A DNA stretch of 61,023 bases from a virus (Duplodnaviria > Heunggongvirae > Uroviricota > Caudoviricetes). This document shows, piece after piece, positions 1 to 10,010 of the stretch. Location of the stretch: IMG/VR virus record IMGVR_UViG_2740892440_000003, one strand, 5' to 3'. Under the pieces are notes generated by a model. That model was given only the letters and a program-made list of their open reading frames with translations, ran no database searches and was not told where the DNA came from. A program made the translations under genes and the position numbers. Each line of letters starts with the position of its first letter. The stretch's first letter is position 1.

Positions 1-4
1 TAGA

Positions 5-244
5 CTACGTGGTCCCTCCCTTTGGAGCAGGGGTTGATGAACCTCTTACAATGAAAATACGCGGAGATACCGGTAGCGGGATAGTTACGATAAATGCAAC
101 AATTACGATATTATAAAGCATAAACCTTACCGCGTAATTGTCCTCAGATTCCTCAAGTGCCAATGAGCCTGTACATCGATTTGTGTAATTGCTTGATTTT
201 GATACGTTCACTTTCACTATTAACATAGGTTGAATTATAGACAA
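5..244 (-). CDS. hypothetical small hydrophobic protein at the window edge
   Basis: 79-codon ORF from the supplied track; hydrophobic stretch; no recognisable motif. Confidence 0.15.
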   Translation of the reverse strand: MSIIQPMLIVKVNVSKSSNYTNRCTGSLALEESEDNYAVRFMLYNIVIVAFIVTIPLPVSPRIFIVRGSSTPAPKGGTT

Positions 245-440
245 AATAGGTACAGGCTCTGACTAATGAACAAACTAAAACTTCAAAGCCTTTGAAGACT
301 GTAGTGGTTTACTGGATTTGTCCACCTGCACAGAGGTGATACGCTCATTTCAGAACAACACTGATGCGTGAATGTTTTAGCCCAGAATACTAACGAGAAT
401 GCCGCTCAACTGATTGTTGAGCAGAACTATACTGTAGCGG

Positions 441-933
441 ATGAAGGTTATTACTCTGTTTCAATGCCCGGTTCGCCGGGCGTCGCATAATATGGCCACA
501 CTATCTGATACAATAAAACCGAATAAAACATATCTTGAGGCGGTACTCCGTACAGCGTTGTTAGGAAAGACAGAAGACGAATACGTTGATTTCTTCCTGT
601 CAGGGCTACGCGGGGGGATTACTGAAAAATCCCCACCTGTACCGCAGCTATGGCCCATACTGGCCGGAAATTAAAAAATTATTACTGGAACGCGGTTATG
701 GTAATTTCGGTCGTCTCGTTGACCGTGACGTTCGCAAAATTTACCGTTATGACCGCCCGGCGCTGACGCTCATAGCCGCGACGCGCTACAGCCAGGAGCG
801 TTTTGATAATGGTCAGATATACTCAGCCTGGCATTTACTGCCAGTGTCTGAAGAGGTTGACGACCAGGACTATGAGTTTGAGTCTTACGATTTGGGAGTT
901 GAAGCCTTAGCACAGGCTGGAGAGAAAACTTGA
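441..933 (+). CDS. hypothetical protein, reading frame split by a 1-nt shift at a G6 run (612-617)
   Basis: ORFs 441-674 and 586-933 overlap in different frames; adding one G to the run at 612-617 joins them into one product of about 165 aa. Confidence 0.3.
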
Positions 934-1178
934 AAAAGCGATACTACACAGTAAAGCATGGGACGCTACGAGCATTACAAGAGTTTGCTGACAAGCATAA
1001 CGTTGAGGTGCGCAGGGAAGGGGGGAGTAAAGCTCTGCGCATGTACCGTCCGGACGGGAAATGGCGGACGGTCGTCGATTTCAAAACTAACAGCGTTCCC
1101 CAGGGCGTCCGCGACCGGGCATTCGAAGAATGGGAGCAGATCATCATAGATAACGCATTGCTCCTGAATGCTGATTAA
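930..1178 (+). CDS. hypothetical protein (82 aa)
   Basis: ORF whose start overlaps the preceding stop (930/933), suggesting translational coupling; no motif recognised. Confidence 0.35.
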   Translation: MKKRYYTVKHGTLRALQEFADKHNVEVRREGGSKALRMYRPDGKWRTVVDFKTNSVPQGVRDRAFEEWEQIIIDNALLLNAD

Positions 1179-1182
1179 GAAC

Positions 1183-1210
1183 TCTCCGGCCTAGGGAGAT
1201 TAGGCCGGAG
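1183..1210. terminator. hairpin between convergent genes (possible bidirectional terminator)
   Basis: 9-bp inverted repeat ctccggcct/aggccggag between the 930-1178 (+) and 1220-2524 (-) genes, followed by AT-rich sequence. Confidence 0.4.
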
Positions 1211-1219
1211 ATAAATATA

Positions 1220-2524
1220 CTATATAAACTTAGATATAATATCGTGAATCTGTTGTAGCGGGATATCTTCCATCTTATTCTTAATAAGGGAGCGGTTAGA
1301 TGCTGTCAGTGAAGGCCATTTTGTTTTCCAGGCTAGATATGCTCGCCATGAGTAGCCTGTTTCGTAAGGTTTATTCATATAAGTCATTGAGTGTTCAACC
1401 GCATGCATGTATTTTTTCTCAAAGTTGGTTCCTTTTACTTCAAATAAACCACCGAAATAAATAAGCCATTTTGCCAGGTGTTCATACTGCTCCCATGCGC
1501 CAGACTCTTTAGTAAGTTCTATTTTTTTATCTATTATATCACAAAAAACATTTAATACCTTTTCATCATTCCAGCTATATCCAGATGATGAAATGGAGGA
1601 AATGATATGATAAAAAGAATCCTCTAGCTTCAAGAACTCTATTTTATACTCTCTTCCGTTTTTTATTACCGATTTGATTGAGTGCCTCAATTTGTCTTTT
1701 ATTTTTTTTGCTTCTGGAATTTTATCGTTAAGTTTTCTAAAGAAATCAGACACCTCTGTTTTATCTATAACCCTAATCCCAAAGCAGGAAAAATAGTAAT
1801 CTTTAATAGGTTGCAATAGTTCCCCTCGGGAAATAAGGAAAATATTGGAGGACATTACGTTGTCCCGTGAAAATACCTTATATTCATTTATAATAGCCTT
1901 GAGGTTCGCGTCACTTAGAGAATAGCCAAGGATAACAATAGTGTTTTCATGTAGAACTGTGCTTAGTTTATTAGAAAAGTAAGAATTACCATTTATAAAT
2001 CTGAAATAATCCTCGCTAGTAACAACCATGTCTGATGGGGAGTCTATAGAACCGTGAACATGGTAGACTTTAACCTCACAATTATATTTTGGAATTGGCA
2101 GGCCGGGGGTGATTGTACACGTTCGGTTCTCTCCAGCCAGTTTTTCTGCTAACTTGTCATAATTTGTCGTAATTACTTTGAATGTGTTTTCTTTGAAAAA
2201 GTCTTGAATATATTCAATTGATGGATCAAGTTCGATTGAGGCTATGATTTTCTCAATCTCCTGGTAAATATTTTTCCCCGAAAGTATAAATTTTAGTGCA
2301 ATAACCTGAGCAGCCTCTTCAAGGCTAAGGTCTTTTGCTTTCCCAGCAGGAAATAATTCCTCTTTGAGTGAGTCACCATCCTTCAATAAACCGCACAGTT
2401 GCTCCAATAAAGATTGCCAACTTGGGGCTTTATCATCAGAAACAGCCTTTGAAAATCCAGTGCCTGTAAGAAAGCACAGCCTATGTGTAGCCGCTGCATA
2501 GGCAATTTCTATATACTCGCTCAT
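1220..2524 (-). CDS. SIR2-family (sirtuin-like) protein with a C-terminal helical domain; candidate defence effector
   Basis: 434 aa. N-terminal half carries the SIR2 hallmarks FLTGTGFS (glycine-rich NAD loop), VITTNYD and HVHGS (catalytic His). C-terminal ~180 aa has no recognised motif. Gene is AT-rich relative to its neighbours; GGAG RBS 7 nt upstream. Confidence 0.75.
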   Translation of the reverse strand: MSEYIEIAYAAATHRLCFLTGTGFSKAVSDDKAPSWQSLLEQLCGLLKDGDSLKEELFPAGKAKDLSLEEAAQVIALKFILSGKNIYQEIEKIIASIELDPSIEYIQDFFKENTFKVITTNYDKLAEKLAGENRTCTITPGLPIPKYNCEVKVYHVHGSIDSPSDMVVTSEDYFRFINGNSYFSNKLSTVLHENTIVILGYSLSDANLKAIINEYKVFSRDNVMSSNIFLISRGELLQPIKDYYFSCFGIRVIDKTEVSDFFRKLNDKIPEAKKIKDKLRHSIKSVIKNGREYKIEFLKLEDSFYHIISSISSSGYSWNDEKVLNVFCDIIDKKIELTKESGAWEQYEHLAKWLIYFGGLFEVKGTNFEKKYMHAVEHSMTYMNKPYETGYSWRAYLAWKTKWPSLTASNRSLIKNKMEDIPLQQIHDIISKFI

Positions 2525-2580
2525 TACTTACTCCATTTACTTATAGTTCTACGGAGAAGTATACCCTAATGCATTGACGT

Positions 2581-3222
2581 TTATAGATAATTTCCGTTTC
2601 CTGTTAATACTCCCTTAGGCACTTGTTTTTGCGCCAGTGTTTGAGTGCCGCGAATTATGTTAATCAGAGGACTTAGTAACGATGATTCCTGGCGGGCATC
2701 AACTTCCTCTGCCATTGCCCTGATGTAGTCTGCGCTTGCAACGTTGTTGTATTCCGTTGCGAAGCAGCATAACAACGTCAGAACATGCTCTGTCGTTATT
2801 TCACTCCAGTTGATGTTGAAAAACTCATCGCCTTTTTTATCGTGTTCGGAATCGAAGATGCTTTGGTGGAGGATGTATTTGCCGGATTCCTTGCGCGGTA
2901 ACTTGATCGCTTTCTGGCGTTCCAACTCCTTGTAAATCTGCATTGCTTCAATTAGTACCGGCCTGCCGTTCATGAAGGGATCACGCAACCTTACACGCTG
3001 GCCAACTCGACCGGTAATAAAGCTGTTTTCCTCTTCCACCAGCACGATAAAACCCTTTTCCTCTTTTTCTCGCAATTCGCGCAGCAGCTGGAGTTCCATA
3101 TCGCGGCGGCGTTCAGGGTAGCTGGTCCGCTCAGCCATTATCAGCTCATTGTTGATCCATGCAGCAGTCATTGACGCCGGTTTGCCGACGCTCATTGAAA
3201 CAACGCATATTTTCTTATCCAT
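2581..3222 (-). CDS. hypothetical protein immediately upstream of and co-oriented with the SIR2 gene (operon partner, or an equivalent of P1 mat)
   Basis: ATG at 3222 (the track ORF begins at an upstream GTG, 3249); 213 aa; 56-bp gap to the SIR2 start. Contains a deviant P-loop-like VSMSVGKP and an acidic hhhhEEE stretch (FIVLVEEEN). No confident family assignment. Confidence 0.5.
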   Translation of the reverse strand: MDKKICVVSMSVGKPASMTAAWINNELIMAERTSYPERRRDMELQLLRELREKEEKGFIVLVEEENSFITGRVGQRVRLRDPFMNGRPVLIEAMQIYKELERQKAIKLPRKESGKYILHQSIFDSEHDKKGDEFFNINWSEITTEHVLTLLCCFATEYNNVASADYIRAMAEEVDARQESSLLSPLINIIRGTQTLAQKQVPKGVLTGNGNYL

Positions 3223-3503
3223 AGCGCCCCTACAAAAAAGAAAAGCCACCAGCGGCGGCTTAGCAATACAACTGAAGGTAGCGCCCGGTACTCAGACTGT
3301 GCCGTCCATGGAATATTTGAAAAGGGATCCATCCGTACCGGGCTTGATGTGATTTTGGCAGAAGTAATTTGTCAGATGTCAATTTTTTTATCTGTAAAAA
3401 TGCTATAAACCAATATTTTTATTATTTTTATATGGTTGTAGTAGTAGAGTCTGGGCTATTCCTGCGTCCGGTCTTGATGACCACAAATCACGGAGATTGA
3501 TTA

Positions 3504-3953
3504 ATGAAAAATCGTAGTTTCAACATTATCGCTTCTATTGCTATGGCTCTAATGTTAACTGGGTGTAAACAGTCAGAGATTGATAAACTCTCACTTATCG
3601 GTGAAGACAAGAGTTATCTTGAAGAACAGGACGAAGCCACTTTTGAAAAACGGACTCCAGACATAGAACTTTTTGCATTATACGATAAATCGTCACCTGA
3701 CGCTCAGGAACCACATACCACAGGAATGTTGATTAATGGCAAGGTTGAGTTGAGCATGACAACAAAAGTTGGCAAATATACCTTTATGCAATTAGATGAA
3801 ATGCTTACAAAAGAGTATGGGAAACCTGTTGCGACGAAGGACCATATCTTTGATAAGGCTGCAATCTCTGGTTTGGACTGCATTGAAACTAAAACCTGTG
3901 GTGCTGGTAAGTATTATGAAGTATTCCGAGGAAGGATCGGTTTGTATTATTGA
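3504..3953 (+). CDS. lipoprotein (149 aa)
   Basis: Signal peptide ending in lipobox LTGC; divergent from the SIR2 operon across an AT-rich promoter region. Confidence 0.55.
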   Translation: MKNRSFNIIASIAMALMLTGCKQSEIDKLSLIGEDKSYLEEQDEATFEKRTPDIELFALYDKSSPDAQEPHTTGMLINGKVELSMTTKVGKYTFMQLDEMLTKEYGKPVATKDHIFDKAAISGLDCIETKTCGAGKYYEVFRGRIGLYY

Positions 3954-4103
3954 TTAATGGAGCTGGTTATTTGTACGAAAAAGAAGGGGTTGCATTGCTT
4001 ACTATCACGGAAAAACAATTAAAAGTTGCTCGTCTGGAAGAGGACAAAAAACATTAACAAACAGGGGCATACGCGCCCCAATATTTTAAAAATAATAAAT
4101 ATA

Positions 4104-4664
4104 TTAGTGCATGATATTTGCCATCTCATAGGCGTCAGCCAGCAACCCCATCTCTGACTTGTTCAGCAGGGTGAATTCTTTCTTGCCTCCAACCACGCCA
4201 TCGGCATGAACAGGGACCAGCCAGGGGTATTTTTCTCTTACTTCAGCCGGTGCTGCATGCTGGTGGTGCCATCTACAAAGGGGCAATTGCTTTTTGTGAC
4301 AACCAGGCGTGGTACGACCGGAGATATGGTGCAGGGACACCTCTTCAGATATTACTCCATGCATATAGCAGGCAATGCAGGGGAGAGCGCCAAGAGCATT
4401 GGCTATGCGCCGTTCCTCTGCCGTCGGTGTTCGCCCCTTCAAGCCACGAGATTTTATTTTTACCGCACTTTTCCGCTTTTTACTGGCTGGTGGGCGCTCT
4501 TTCTGTTTAGCGATACGGCGTTCGATAGGATCCCGCATTTTCTGATATTGCGATTCTCGCCAGGCGGGGTCAGCCAACTTTTCCCGTTGCCGAGCGATCG
4601 CTCGTTCTCTGGCTGCCTTCTGCCACTCGCGGCGCTGTTCAAGTTTTTGTTCGATTGTTTTCAT
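4104..4664 (-). CDS. ref: Ref, recombination enhancement function (HNH-type endonuclease)
   Basis: Translation from the internal Met (MKTIEQKLEQRREWQKAARERAIARQ...) matches P1 Ref as I recall it; about 186 aa; Cys/His-rich HNH region (CIACYMHG...HHISGR...CHKKQ). Confidence 0.85.
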   Translation of the reverse strand: MKTIEQKLEQRREWQKAARERAIARQREKLADPAWRESQYQKMRDPIERRIAKQKERPPASKKRKSAVKIKSRGLKGRTPTAEERRIANALGALPCIACYMHGVISEEVSLHHISGRTTPGCHKKQLPLCRWHHQHAAPAEVREKYPWLVPVHADGVVGGKKEFTLLNKSEMGLLADAYEMANIMH

Positions 4665-4907
4665 ATGGCAAAAAAAAGGCGGCCTAATGGCCGCCAATGA
4701 TGTCAAGGAGTGAAGTAATGGCAACGTCTTCGTAGTTGACAAAAACTGCGGCTAAATTATATCAACAAATTAGAGCAATAAAAGATATTTCACTTCATGC
4801 TTGTAACGTTTTTACTTCAATACCTATGTGCTATACTCCTTTTTGATTGATTGGATGCGGAATACAATCCCGCTCTTTTGTGCAGCCTGGCATCTTGCCA
4901 GGCTTTT

Positions 4908-5219
4908 TTATTTCATCATGGAAGCTGTTAACGCTTTGGATCTTGCTGAACTGATTGAAAGGGCATTGTTTACCTTACCCAGGAGTTCGCCAAATTCCGC
5001 CATCACTCTAGTAAGCCCGCGCCGCGCTTCCTCCTCCGTTGCATTCATCACAAAATGTTCAGCACTCCGCATGCTTTTAACGGGGAACGCAACAGATATC
5101 GAGTCGATATCAGGCATCCTGTCGCTCAACTTTACGGTGACAATGACAGATGGTGACTGAATTTGAGAGCTTACGGACAGCACCACATATTTTCCGTCTA
5201 TTTTGAAATCCTTCCGCAT
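4908..5219 (-). CDS. hypothetical protein in the P1 cra/c8 position between cre and ref
   Basis: 103-codon ORF co-oriented with cre and ref; position corresponds to the small cra/c8 genes of P1; sequence not recognised. Confidence 0.3.
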   Translation of the reverse strand: MRKDFKIDGKYVVLSVSSQIQSPSVIVTVKLSDRMPDIDSISVAFPVKSMRSAEHFVMNATEEEARRGLTRVMAEFGELLGKVNNALSISSARSKALTASMMK

Positions 5220-5269
5220 GTGTCACCATAAATATTAAATAATTAGAGCAAACAAGCGCAAATGAGCGG

Positions 5270-6301
5270 CTAATCGCCATCTTCCAGCAGGCGCACCATT
5301 GCACCCGTTTCACTATCCAGGTTACGAATGTAGTTCATGACAATATTTACGTTGGTCCAGCCACCAGCTTGCATGATCTCCGGTATTGAAACTCCGGCGC
5401 GGGCCATATCTCGCGCGGCACCGACACGGGCACTATGTCCAGACCAGGCCAGGTATCGCTGACCAGAGTCATCTTTTGCCCCGTAAATCAATCGGTGAGT
5501 TGCTTCAAAAATCCCTTCCAGGGCGCGAGTTGATAGCTGGCTGGTGGATGATGGCGCGGCAACACCATTTTTTCTGACGCGGCAAAACAGGTAGTTATTC
5601 GGATCATCAGCTACACCAGAGACAGAAATCCATCGCTCAACCAGTTTAGTTACCCCCAGGCTAAGTGCCTTCTTTACACCAGCGGTGCTAACCAGCGTTT
5701 TCGTTCTGCCAATATGGATTAACATTCTCCCACCGTCAGTACGTGAGATATCTTTAACCCTGATCCTGGAAATTTCGGCTATACGTAACAGGGTGTTATA
5801 AGCAATCCCCAGAAATGCCAGATTACGTATATCCTGGCAGCGATCGCTATTTTCCATGAGTGAACGAACCTGGTCGAAATCAGTGCGTTCGAACGCCAGC
5901 GCCTGTTTTGCACGCTCACCGGCATCAACGTTTTCTTTTCGGATCCGTCGCATGACCAGTGAAACAGCATTGCTGTCACTTGGTCGTGGCAGCCCGGACC
6001 GACGATGAAGCATATTTAGCTGGCCCAAATGTTGCTGGATAGTTTTCACTGCCAGACCGCGCGCCTGAAGATATAGAAGATAATCTCGAACATCTTCAGG
6101 TTCTGCGGGAAACCACTTCCGGTTATTCAACTTGCACCATGCCGCCCACGACCGGCAAACGGACAGAAGCATTTTCCAGGTATGCTCAGAAAACGCCTGG
6201 CGATCCCTGAACATGTCCATCAGGTTCTTGCGAACCTCATCACTCGTTGCATCGACCGGTAATGCAGGCAAATTTTGGTGTACGGTCAGTAAATTGGACA
6301 T
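5270..6301 (-). CDS. cre: Cre site-specific tyrosine recombinase
   Basis: 343-aa translation (MSNLLTVHQNLPALPVDATSDEVRKNLMDMFRDRQAF...MVRLLEDGD) is, to my recollection, essentially identical to P1 Cre. Confidence 0.97.
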   Translation of the reverse strand: MSNLLTVHQNLPALPVDATSDEVRKNLMDMFRDRQAFSEHTWKMLLSVCRSWAAWCKLNNRKWFPAEPEDVRDYLLYLQARGLAVKTIQQHLGQLNMLHRRSGLPRPSDSNAVSLVMRRIRKENVDAGERAKQALAFERTDFDQVRSLMENSDRCQDIRNLAFLGIAYNTLLRIAEISRIRVKDISRTDGGRMLIHIGRTKTLVSTAGVKKALSLGVTKLVERWISVSGVADDPNNYLFCRVRKNGVAAPSSTSQLSTRALEGIFEATHRLIYGAKDDSGQRYLAWSGHSARVGAARDMARAGVSIPEIMQAGGWTNVNIVMNYIRNLDSETGAMVRLLEDGD

Positions 6302-6719
6302 TTAACACTCAGATGATGGTTTTAAGTAAAGTGTACAGGATCGGCTCTGCCTTTACCTGTTTATGGTTCTCGTCATAGAAACGCCAGCGACCGCGCGTGC
6401 GTTCTATTTTCTCTTCACCGCGCGATAATGACAGTTGGCAACTATCACGATCAAACCCTTTTGCCCGCCAGTAACCACGGTTTTTCTCAAGCTCAAGATG
6501 AGTGGACACTTTAGCAGTTGAATATCCCATTTTTCACCTCTGATTGGTTGGTGGTGCTAAGTGCGCTACGCGAAATCTGTAGGACTAACACCGCCAACTT
6601 TGCACAGATTTTACGTAGCGCAACCTTGATCAAATGATCAAGTGATCACTATTTGACCTGCTAAAGTATTGAACTGTATGGATTTACAGGTAAATTGATC
6701 ATATTCAATAACCCTTAAT

Positions 6720-6753
6720 ATAACTTCGTATAATGTATGCTATACGAAGTTAT
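6720..6753. other. loxP: loxP recombination site
   Basis: Exact 34-bp match ATAACTTCGTATA-ATGTATGC-TATACGAAGTTAT (13-bp inverted repeats around the 8-bp spacer), about 420 bp upstream of the cre start, as in P1. Confidence 0.97.
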
Positions 6754-6796
6754 CAGGTCCGAAGAGGAGTTTACGTCCAGCTGCGCACAAAAATCA

Positions 6797-6813
6797 AGAA
6801 TTATTAGAGCAAT
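6797..6813 (-). promoter_or_regulatory. C1 operator (Op99-type), 14/17 match to consensus
   Basis: Reverse-complement match to the P1 C1 operator consensus ATTGCTCTAATAAATTT; lies between loxP and coi/c1. Confidence 0.5.
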
Positions 6814-6879
6814 AAATTTTGAGAGAAAAATCCCACTCCACCAGCTAAAAACTGGATTGTTTTTCATAGTTGTTTGACA

Positions 6880-6896
6880 ATTGCTCTAATAAATTA
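6880..6896 (+). promoter_or_regulatory. C1 operator (Op99-type), 16/17 match
   Basis: attgctctaataaatta upstream of coi/c1, consistent with autoregulation of the c1 operon. Confidence 0.65.
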
Positions 6897-7134
6897 TAGT
6901 TTTGCCGCCGTTACGTAATACGACTTTGGATTCACTATTTAATGTGTCTTCAGCGTTGTAGAGCGGCTCAGAAGGAAATGAGCAAACAGGGAAACCTTAT
7001 ACAACGGCATTACAGCTATGCATTGCTCATCTTACACACAGCGCAATGTTGTTAGATTACCCCAGCATGGATCATGGGTGAAACAGTAGGTCAGAGCTTC
7101 AGGCTCTGTGTTGTCAATACAGTGAGGCATAATT

Positions 7135-7344
7135 ATGGCTTTCATTCAACCAACCATCGACGACGTTAGACATTGCTCTAACGCTTTATCTGTAGACCCT
7201 GCCGAAACCGACGCTGCCCGCGCCATTGCTGAACACTACTCAAAGATATCCAATCAGGAGTACCGCATCACCCAAGACGACCTGGATGACCTCACTGACA
7301 CAATCGAATATCTCATGGCAACTAACCAGTTAGACTCACAATAA
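7135..7344 (+). CDS. coi: Coi, C1 inactivator
   Basis: 69-aa ORF immediately upstream of c1, same size and position as P1 coi. Confidence 0.75.
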   Translation: MAFIQPTIDDVRHCSNALSVDPAETDAARAIAEHYSKISNQEYRITQDDLDDLTDTIEYLMATNQLDSQ

Positions 7345-7454
7345 ATGCACTAATAAATCTATTATTTTTGTTTGATCCCTCTATAATATAGGTCAGTAAT
7401 GACCGGTTTTCTCAGCCGGGCGTTATTGACCATGTCAATTCTGGAGGAGGATCA

Positions 7455-8306
7455 ATGATAAATTATGTCTACGGCGAACAACTGTACCAGGAGTTCGTCA
7501 GCTTCAGGGATCTCTTTCTAAAAAAAGCTGTTGCACGCGCCCAACACGTTGATACCGCCAGCGACGGTCGTCCTGTACGCCCGGTTGTCGTTCTACCGTT
7601 CAAAGAAACGGACAGCATTCAGGCTGAAATTGATAAATGGACTTTAATGGCGCGGGAACTGGAACAGTACCCAGACCTCAATATCCCAAAGACTATTTTA
7701 TATCCAGTGCCTAACATCCTTCGCGGTGTGCGTAAGGTTACAACTTATCAGACAGAAGCTGTGAACAGCGTCAACATGACCGCTGGCCGCATTATTCACC
7801 TGATTGATAAGGACATTCGCATCCAGAAAAGCGCGGGGATCAATGAGCACAGTGCGAAATACATAGAGAACCTGGAAGCAACAAAAGAGCTAATGAAGCA
7901 GTACCCGGAGGATGAAAAATTCCGTATGCGTGTACACGGCTTTAGCGAAACAATGCTGCGCGTCCATTACATTTCCAGTAGCCCTAACTACAATGATGGT
8001 AAATCAGTTAGTTACCATGTGCCGCTGTGTGGTGTGTTTATCTGCGATGAAACTCTCCGTGATGGAATCATCATCAACGGTGAATTCGAGAAAGCAAAAT
8101 TTAGCCTTTATGACTCTATAGAACCGATCATCTGCGACCGCTGGCCGCAGGCAAAAATATATCGCCTGGCAGATATTGAAAATGTAAAAAAACAAATTGC
8201 CATCACTCGCGAAGAGAAAAAGGTCAAATCAGCCGCATCAGTTACGCGCAGCCGTAAAACCAAGAAGGGGCAGCCAGTAAACGACAACCCCGAAAGCGCG
8301 CAATAA
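7455..8306 (+). CDS. c1: C1 repressor of lysogeny
   Basis: 283-aa translation (MINYVYGEQLYQEFVSFRDLFLKKAVARAQHVD...NDNPESAQ) matches P1 C1 as I recall it; divergent from cre across loxP, as in P1. Confidence 0.95.
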   Translation: MINYVYGEQLYQEFVSFRDLFLKKAVARAQHVDTASDGRPVRPVVVLPFKETDSIQAEIDKWTLMARELEQYPDLNIPKTILYPVPNILRGVRKVTTYQTEAVNSVNMTAGRIIHLIDKDIRIQKSAGINEHSAKYIENLEATKELMKQYPEDEKFRMRVHGFSETMLRVHYISSSPNYNDGKSVSYHVPLCGVFICDETLRDGIIINGEFEKAKFSLYDSIEPIICDRWPQAKIYRLADIENVKKQIAITREEKKVKSAASVTRSRKTKKGQPVNDNPESAQ

Positions 8307-8338
8307 ATTATGCCCGGCATCAACCGGGCATTCTTCCA

Positions 8339-9457
8339 TTATTCAGCCGCCACCGGTTTTAACAAGCCAGCATCGAGCAGTTTACGCGTCAACCACTGCT
8401 GGCCTTTACCCGTTAATTGAGGCGTCAACCGTATCTGGTAGCCATCTTCATCATCCAGCACCACTTCTTTCACCGTGAAATACCCCGCGTTGATGTACTG
8501 CTGGAACGGCACATTTTTACGTCCACCGGACGCTATCAGGATGCCGTTCTCCCGTAACCAGGCAAACAGCGCGTTTTGCTTAAGTCCAACAACCTTTGCA
8601 AAATTCCCAATCAGGATCCCTTTAGCTACTGATACCCGGTCGGCAAAATCGACCTTAGGAGCGGCGGCCACCAGCTGCTGATTGAGCTGGTGGGCTTTCT
8701 GTTCCAGAAGCTGCTTTTGTTCAGCCAGTTCGGCAGCCAGGCGTAGGGCTTCAGGAAGCGTCTGGGGGATTGCGATCGGTTGCTGTTCTTTTTGTCGGAA
8801 GTAGCTGTCTTCCAGTTTTTCAAAGAATGCCCATGCCTGATCGGTTTCGAGCATTTTAGCGTGGCGGGCTGCGCCGCGTTCTGTCCAGAGGGTGAGTGAG
8901 CGAACATTGCGAGCAATTTTTACAGAGTAGTTTAAAGCTACTCTGTGCTTCAACTCGCGCAATGATTCTCCTTCAACTTTGAAAAAGTGCTTCCCTTCAA
9001 CAAAGCGTACTTTGTTCTCATGATGATTTTGGCGAATACGGATTGTTTCTGTCCCATACCCTCTAGCAAGAGTCTCGGTTGTCACTACACGCGCTCCCTG
9101 CCATTCCAGAACGGGAATTTCATCAGACTGATTCTGAACAACCACCAGCTCCGATTCCTGAACTGAAGGTGCATGAATTTTTTCTGATTTAACGTTAGTT
9201 GCTTTCATTCTGTGTGCCTCCTTGCGTGCTTCGGCTGCGACGGTTGCGTAATTCAGATGACCCTGTTCGAGCAGGTATTCGCGGATATCAGACAACAGGA
9301 TACGGTGAACCGAGTTCTTGTCCTTTCTCCGGTAAAGTTGTTTGGTGATCATGAAGTAGTTGGCAATAACGCCTGGTATATCCCTGGTACTGATACAGGC
9401 AGTGTGCTGTTCAATTGCCTCGATCATCTCTTCACGGGTGACTAATGACGTTCTCAT
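8339..9457 (-). CDS. antirepressor-like protein (Ant/KilAC C-terminal domain), paralog of the gene at 57393-58427
   Basis: 372 aa. N-terminus (TREEMIEAIEQHTACISTRDIPGVIANYFMIT) and C-terminal ~130 aa (PKVDFADRVS...GILIGNFAKVVGLKQNALFAWLRENGIL...QIRLTPQLTGKGQQWLTRKLLDAGLLKPVA) are nearly identical to the 57393-58427 product. Start overlaps the upstream icd-like stop. Confidence 0.7.
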   Translation of the reverse strand: MRTSLVTREEMIEAIEQHTACISTRDIPGVIANYFMITKQLYRRKDKNSVHRILLSDIREYLLEQGHLNYATVAAEARKEAHRMKATNVKSEKIHAPSVQESELVVVQNQSDEIPVLEWQGARVVTTETLARGYGTETIRIRQNHHENKVRFVEGKHFFKVEGESLRELKHRVALNYSVKIARNVRSLTLWTERGAARHAKMLETDQAWAFFEKLEDSYFRQKEQQPIAIPQTLPEALRLAAELAEQKQLLEQKAHQLNQQLVAAAPKVDFADRVSVAKGILIGNFAKVVGLKQNALFAWLRENGILIASGGRKNVPFQQYINAGYFTVKEVVLDDEDGYQIRLTPQLTGKGQQWLTRKLLDAGLLKPVAAE

Positions 9458-9675
9458 AGTCCCTCCTGAGCAGAAGCGTTAACAGGGAGGCACCAGTAAC
9501 TGAGAGAATTGCGTGAATCAGTGGAAAAACGGGCAGAGAAAATACATGGGGCGTCAGGAAGCTGAGAGCGGGCCTCATCTTCTGTTGGTGCAATAACGAA
9601 GTGATAGTGACGTTTTTGGCAGGAGTAAAAGCGCCAGATAAATTCAGGATGAGTTGGGGTAGGGATAGTAGCCAT
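9454..9675 (-). CDS. Icd-like small protein, second copy
   Basis: 73-aa segment MATIPTPTHPEFIWRFYSCQKRHYHFVIAPTEDEARSQLPD... closely parallels the 58424-58645 product. The long 9454-10017 track ORF is probably an uninterrupted leader fused in frame. Confidence 0.5.
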   Translation of the reverse strand: MATIPTPTHPEFIWRFYSCQKRHYHFVIAPTEDEARSQLPDAPCIFSARFSTDSRNSLSYWCLPVNASAQEGL

Positions 9676-9993
9676 ATTGGCAGCCTCCTTAGACGTTGGT
9701 ATGTAACCACCGCAGAAGAGACCAATCTTGCTGGCGGTGGACTGTACGGAGTTGGCCTTACTGGCGTCCAAGGTAACCAGCCTACCCGAAGGTAGCCCCA
9801 TACAGCCCACCATTGTAGAGGTGTGCGTGTACGCCGATACAAAAAAAGACGCGAGCGGCGTCTGTATCGCCTTAGACTTAAGCGGGAGGCCAATCCCGGC
9901 ACCCGTTTTAATGAGGTGCCTGATAAGCATAAACCGAAAATGCCTCAAGGCGCAAGAGGTCAGGTTCAATGTAACATCGGTAGTTAAAAAACA

Positions 9994-10010
9994 CAATTCA
10001 TTAGAGCAAA
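9994..10010 (-). promoter_or_regulatory. C1 operator-like site (14/17) upstream of the second icd/ant module
   Basis: caattcattagagcaaa; same position relative to the icd/ant module as the operator at 58950-58966. Confidence 0.45.

Noticed and set aside
4206-4700. 164-codon plus-strand ORF (and neighbours 4250-4510, 4460-4642)
   Set aside because: Lies antisense or out of frame within ref, whose identity is well supported; treated as a shadow ORF.
6309-6530. 73-codon ORF between the cre start and loxP
   Set aside because: It lies in the region that in P1 holds the cre promoters, with no evident RBS; probably non-coding.
8108-8323. Small minus-strand ORFs inside c1 and other short antisense ORFs from the track (for example 7912-8121, 8004-8195, 16169-16515, 19119-19463)
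   Set aside because: They are embedded antisense in strongly supported genes and have no RBS or homology signal.
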